DNA from: Octopus sinensis
Taxonomy: Eukaryota
Length of the DNA stretch: 27,147 nt
Assembly: GCF_006345805.1 (NCBI RefSeq)
Contig: NW_021834058.1
Coordinates: 1 to 27,147 of the forward strand
Direction: 5' to 3'
Shown here piece by piece: positions 22,705-27,147 of this stretch; the first letter of the stretch is position 1; every line of letters begins with the position of its first letter. The notes under the pieces are model-generated. The model worked only from the letters and a program-made list of their open reading frames with translations, was not told the DNA's origin and did no database searches. The translations under genes and the position numbers were made by a program.

Positions 22705-23149
22705 CATACATATGCATATATATATATATATATATACATAGTAGTCAAGAAATCCAATGAAATGAATTTTGGAAATAGATTTGTATATGACTGTGTGTGT
22801 ATATGTGTGTGTGCGCATGCGCGTGTGGATTTTTTTATGCTTTGTAATATTCCTTTTAAGAAGAGAAAAATTAAAATGTAGTTCCCTTTCGATGCCATAA
22901 TTAAATACTTAAATTAGTCGCATTAAAGTGATATTATCTTCTTTAGATATCCATACGTTTATTGCGTCTATATACATGTACATATCAATTTTAACACATT
23001 TACCTAATCATATGTATACGCCTGTGTTTATATGTTACATGTCTGTATGCATGCATAATTACATAGATACGAAAAATGCATATATATTTACTTACATGCA
23101 TATACATACATATATTTACATATATATGTGTATATAAGTGTATACTTTT

Positions 23150-23363
23150 TTATTCTTTTATTCTTTCACTTGTTTGACTGGGGCCATGCTGGAGCTCTGC
23201 CTCGAAGTGCTTTAGTCGAACAAACCGTCCTCAGGAATTTTGTTAAGCCTAGTACTTATTCTATTTGTCTCTTTTGGTGAACTGCTAAGTTGCGTGGACG
23301 TCAAGACACCAAAACCGGTTGTGAAGTTGTGATGTGGGGTCAAAGACACACAGGAACACATGC

Positions 23364-23402
<39 letters not shown>

Positions 23403-23585
23403 CACACACACTTAAACGACGGGCTTCTTTCAGTTTCCGTCTGCCAAATCAAGTATCAACTTACAATGCCTCGGTTGGCCCGAGGCTAGAGTAGAAGACA
23501 CTTGCTCAAACTGCCACGCAGTGGGAATGAACCCGATCCATGTGGTTGGGAAGCAAGCTTCTCACAACACAGCCATGCCTGCGCC
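23150..23585 (-). mobile_element. tRNA-derived SINE family C (CORE-like central motif), full-length, minus strand
   Basis: The reverse complement aligns end to end with 23610-24020; the internal microsatellite reads (GATA)n(CA)n on the plus strand. Confidence 0.88.
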
Positions 23586-23609
23586 AATATATATATATAT
23601 ATATATATA

Positions 23610-24020
23610 GGCGCAGGAGTGGTTGTGTGGTAAGTAGCTTGCTTACCAACCACATGGTTCCGGGTTCAGTCCCACTGCGTGGCATCTTGGGCAAGTGTCT
23701 TCTGCTATAGCCCCGGGCCGACCAATGCCTTGTGAGTGGATTTGGTAGACGGAAACTGAAAGAAGTCTGTCGTATATATGTATGTATATATGTGTGTGTG
23801 TGTGTGTGTGTTTGTGTGTCCGTGTTTGTCCTCCTAGCATTGCTTGACAACCGATGCTGGTGTGTTTATGCCCCCGTCACTTAGCGGTTCGGCAAAAGAG
23901 ACCGATAGAATAAGTACTAGGCCTTACAAAGAATAAGTCCTGGGTCGATTTGATCGACTAAAGGCGTGCTCCAGCATGGCCGCAGTCAAATGACTGAAAC
24001 AAGTAAAAGAGTAAAAGAGT
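23610..24020 (+). mobile_element. tRNA-derived SINE family C (CORE-like central motif), full-length
   Basis: A-box TGGTTGTGTGG, B-box GGTTCAGTCCC, CORE-like CTTGGGCAAGTG, internal (TA)(TG)n and tail GTAAAAGA x2. Confidence 0.9.
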
Positions 24021-24282
24021 ATATATACATATATATATATATGTATATATTATATATGTATTATATATATATATATATGTATGTATATAATATATGTATA
24101 TGTTATATATATATGTATATATACTATATATATATATATTAATATAATATATATATATCTATAGATGTTGTTCTTATTCTATGTATTGTAATATATATAT
24201 AATGTATATATACATATATATTATTATATATTAATATATATATTATATATATATTATATATATCACACATACATATATAAAT

Positions 24283-24327
<45 letters not shown>

Positions 24328-24459
24328 GACGTATATATGTATGTGGGTGTGTATATACAATATATACATATTGCAGGTGTCCTTAATTATACAGTTAAAA
24401 TATCTGCCGATGCAAAAACTAAGCAAGACCTTTGATTGCTTTGTATAGTCGAGAGTATG

Positions 24460-24495
<36 letters not shown>

Positions 24496-24612
24496 AAGAG
24501 AAAGGGAGAGAGAGAAAGAGAGAGAGAGAGAGAAAATAAATATATATATGTGTGTGTTTACATATCTGTGTGTGTGTGTGTGTATGTGAATGTGTATCTG
24601 TGTATGTGCGTA
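24021..24612. repeat. (AT)n-rich, (GA)n and (GT)n microsatellite region
   Basis: Directly visible apart from a ~90 bp unique island at 24370-24455. Confidence 0.9.
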
Positions 24613-26023
24613 TATCCGTTGATATGTAAGAATATTGCTTTGATTTGGTAGATGTGTTGGTTCCCAGTTTCTACACGTTCCCCATTAAAATTTCGATTTT
24701 ATTAATGTTTGTGATACAATACTTATGCACACGTGTATGTATGCATATACTACACATATACATGCAAAGATATATAGAAATATGCGCACATCTCTACTTG
24801 TATACACAAACACACACACACACATTCACATACACATTGTTTCAGACTGCGGTTGAACCAATCGCTTCAAATATCTCTCTCTTTCTCTCTCTTTCTCCCC
24901 CCTCTCTCTCTCTCTTTCTCTCTTTCTCAGCACCTCATCAGAAGACTCATATTAAATTACCAAATTGCAATTGGCTTTAAATAAGATATTCAATTAAGCA
25001 GAAAAAAAATAATGTGAAATAAAACAAAAAAACAAGAAAGTGTAACCAAGCTCTATCTAACTGGAATAGGCCGCTTTTGATGTTTGAGCAAAAACTCAAG
25101 ATCACATTTAGATATTTCAAAGGGAAAAGTGTCATGTTACTTCGAGGCCGACTGTAGGTTTGTAATTAAAAGCCTAATAAGACCAAGTTTGTACTTCGAA
25201 ATTTAATTTTTTATTGAAAAATTTTATGGATTTAGTGCAATAAGTATTTCAAATATATAAGGTTTAGTAAAGAGGTCTGTATACTACCTTTCAAACGAAA
25301 AAGTTAAAACCAAATTTGCGAATATTGAATAAATCTGAATCGGTGTTACATTAGCCTAAGATTTTAATGAGTTTGTATGCGCCATTTAAACTTATATTGT
25401 TTTTTTAATAGCAGATATGATACTACTAACTGTTTGTTAAAATACCAGCCGAACATAAATTTTCTTATAATAATGGATTATCATAAATAAAATATAATCG
25501 TGTGTAAATGCTATTATCATTCACAACGAATTAGTTCCAGTGTAGGTTACGAGGTACCTATATCTATAGATTAAGCTTAAAAGTACGCATGGAAACAGGA
25601 AATGTGACGAACTGAAAGCAAGACGCTTACTCAATAAACAATAATTTATACACCTGAACCAGCTCTCTGAAATATGTCTATGCAATATCTATGTATAGAA
25701 ATATATTCTAATACGCATAATATCAGTCAGATAACTAGTAAATTACTACGGGTAAACTAAACTATGGTACGGAAGCATATGTCTTACCTTCACGCCACGT
25801 CAGCTATAATTACTTGTTCCACTGGTTTTCTATATGTTTATCAAAATATACGCTTCTTTCTCATTATTTAGGCTTAAATTCTACCAATATACAAACTCAG
25901 GTAGCTATATAACTGTTATATTGAGTAGTTAGTATAGCATGCGGGCAATGGATTGGTGCAATCGTAAGATCATCCCGTAAATTGCTTCACGGTATTCCAT
26001 GAAGCAATTTACGGCATACCGTG

Positions 26024-26440
26024 AAGGCGGCGAGCTGGCAGAATCGTTAGCACGCCGGGCGAAATGCCTAGTGGTATTTCGTCTGCCGTTACGTTGTGAG
26101 TTCAAATTCCACCGAGATCGACTTTGCCTTTCATTCTCTCGGGGTCGATAAATTAAGTACCAGTTACACACTGGGGTCGATGTAATCGACTTAATACCTA
26201 TGTCTGTCCTTGTTTGTCCCCTCTATGTTTAGCTTCTTGTGGGTAGTAAAGAAATAGGTATTTCGTCTGCCGCTACGTTCTGAATTCAAATTCCATCGAG
26301 GTCGACTTTGCCTTTTATCCATTCGGGGTCGATTAAATAAGTACCAGTTACGCATTGGGGTCGATATAATCGACTTAATCCGTTTGTCTGTCCTTGTTTG
26401 TCCTCTCTGTGTTTAGTCCCTTGTGGGTAGTAAAGAAATA
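26024..26440 (+). mobile_element. SINE family B with an internal 184-bp tandem duplication
   Basis: Head AAGGCGGCGAGCTGGCAGAATCG and B-box-like GAGTTCAAATTCC. The unit GGTATTTCGTCTGCCG...GGGTAGTAAAGAAATA occurs at 26073-26256 and 26257-26440. Confidence 0.9.
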
Positions 26441-26445
26441 TAAAT

Positions 26446-26602
26446 GGGTATTCCGGGCTTTTTAAGGTTCCCTTCGAGATCAGCTTTGGTTTTCATCCCT
26501 TGGGGCAGCTAAAACTGATGTGTCAGTCCATTGCCGCTCCATTTAATGGATTAAAGCTTCGCCCTACTAATTTGGGACATGTGCCTATTTTAGAAATTAT
26601 TT
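26446..26602 (+). mobile_element. Older degenerate family B body
   Basis: CGAGATCAGCTTTGGTTTTCATCCCTTGGGGCAG and GGGACATGTGCCTATTTTAGAAATTATT parallel 11430-11556. Confidence 0.55.
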
Positions 26603-26919
26603 GATGGGACAGTTTCCTTTTTCCTGATTAAGGAAAAAGGGAAACGTTGTTTTAAATTTGTACGAGTATTTAATCATAATCATAGAGGACGACTAAAAGG
26701 TCGTTCAGCTTTGCAGTTAAAATTTGTATTACATCTCTGTTATTCAAAATACGCTGTTTAGTTTGCCAATTTCTTATATATATATATATAATAAAATATT
26801 TTGAATGACTCAACAATGCTCTACAATACAAACAACAGACTATAATAATTGTTGTAATTTAATCATCCATAGTCTGATATGATATTTCGGAATACAATTC
26901 TTCTTCAGATATCTTTAGG

Positions 26920-26961
26920 AATTGATGGAGTCGCTGCTATAATTGACGGAGTCGGTGCTAT
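26920..26961. repeat. 21-bp tandem duplication
   Basis: AATTGATGGAGTCGCTGCTAT / AATTGACGGAGTCGGTGCTAT, 2 mismatches. Confidence 0.85.
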
Positions 26962-27147
26962 GGAAGCGTCTCAGCAGTGGTCTCACGAAGCTCATTCCGG
27001 AATTCCTCGTGAGGGCGGCCATGTCTCAATCTCGTGTGTGATGGCACATCCTTAGCGCTGCTTCTAAGTTATGTGTTATACGTGCAGCTTATAACAAAGA
27101 AAAGCAATAAATCATACGACCAGGATTACCTATATACGCGTTTCGAG

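Noticed and set aside
24915-24948. CTGATGA...GAAA on the minus strand as a hammerhead
   Set aside because: The GAAA comes from a (GA)n microsatellite and no stems form.
26855-27065. Possible RTE C-terminal relic on the minus strand (PSHTRLRHGRP)
   Set aside because: A single short motif that could be chance.

Overview
AT-rich, repeat-dense eukaryotic non-coding DNA (intronic or intergenic). The SINE families and microsatellite load look like a coleoid cephalopod, most likely Octopus; this assignment comes from my recall of such repeats, not from a search. I find no intact host gene, rRNA, bona fide tRNA or CRISPR array, and nearly all listed ORFs are translations of microsatellites. The supportable content is: (1) at least three tRNA-type SINE families, some with target-site duplications, swapped tails, a tandem duplication and a head-to-head pair; (2) a BovB-like RTE LINE 3' fragment and a non-autonomous RTE derivative; (3) decayed Dong/R4-clade retrotransposon fragments with a restriction-like endonuclease, one group stacked in (TAA)n and another in (CATA)n; (4) Penelope-like non-coding units with direct and inverted repeats; (5) several fold-back palindromes. 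The best lead is a set of four minimal hammerhead-ribozyme-like folds beside microsatellites. Two of them carry compensatory changes of the core 3-8 base pair (G3-C8 and A3-U8). All four have defects and need covariance and cleavage tests, so I cannot claim a new biological system from this window alone.
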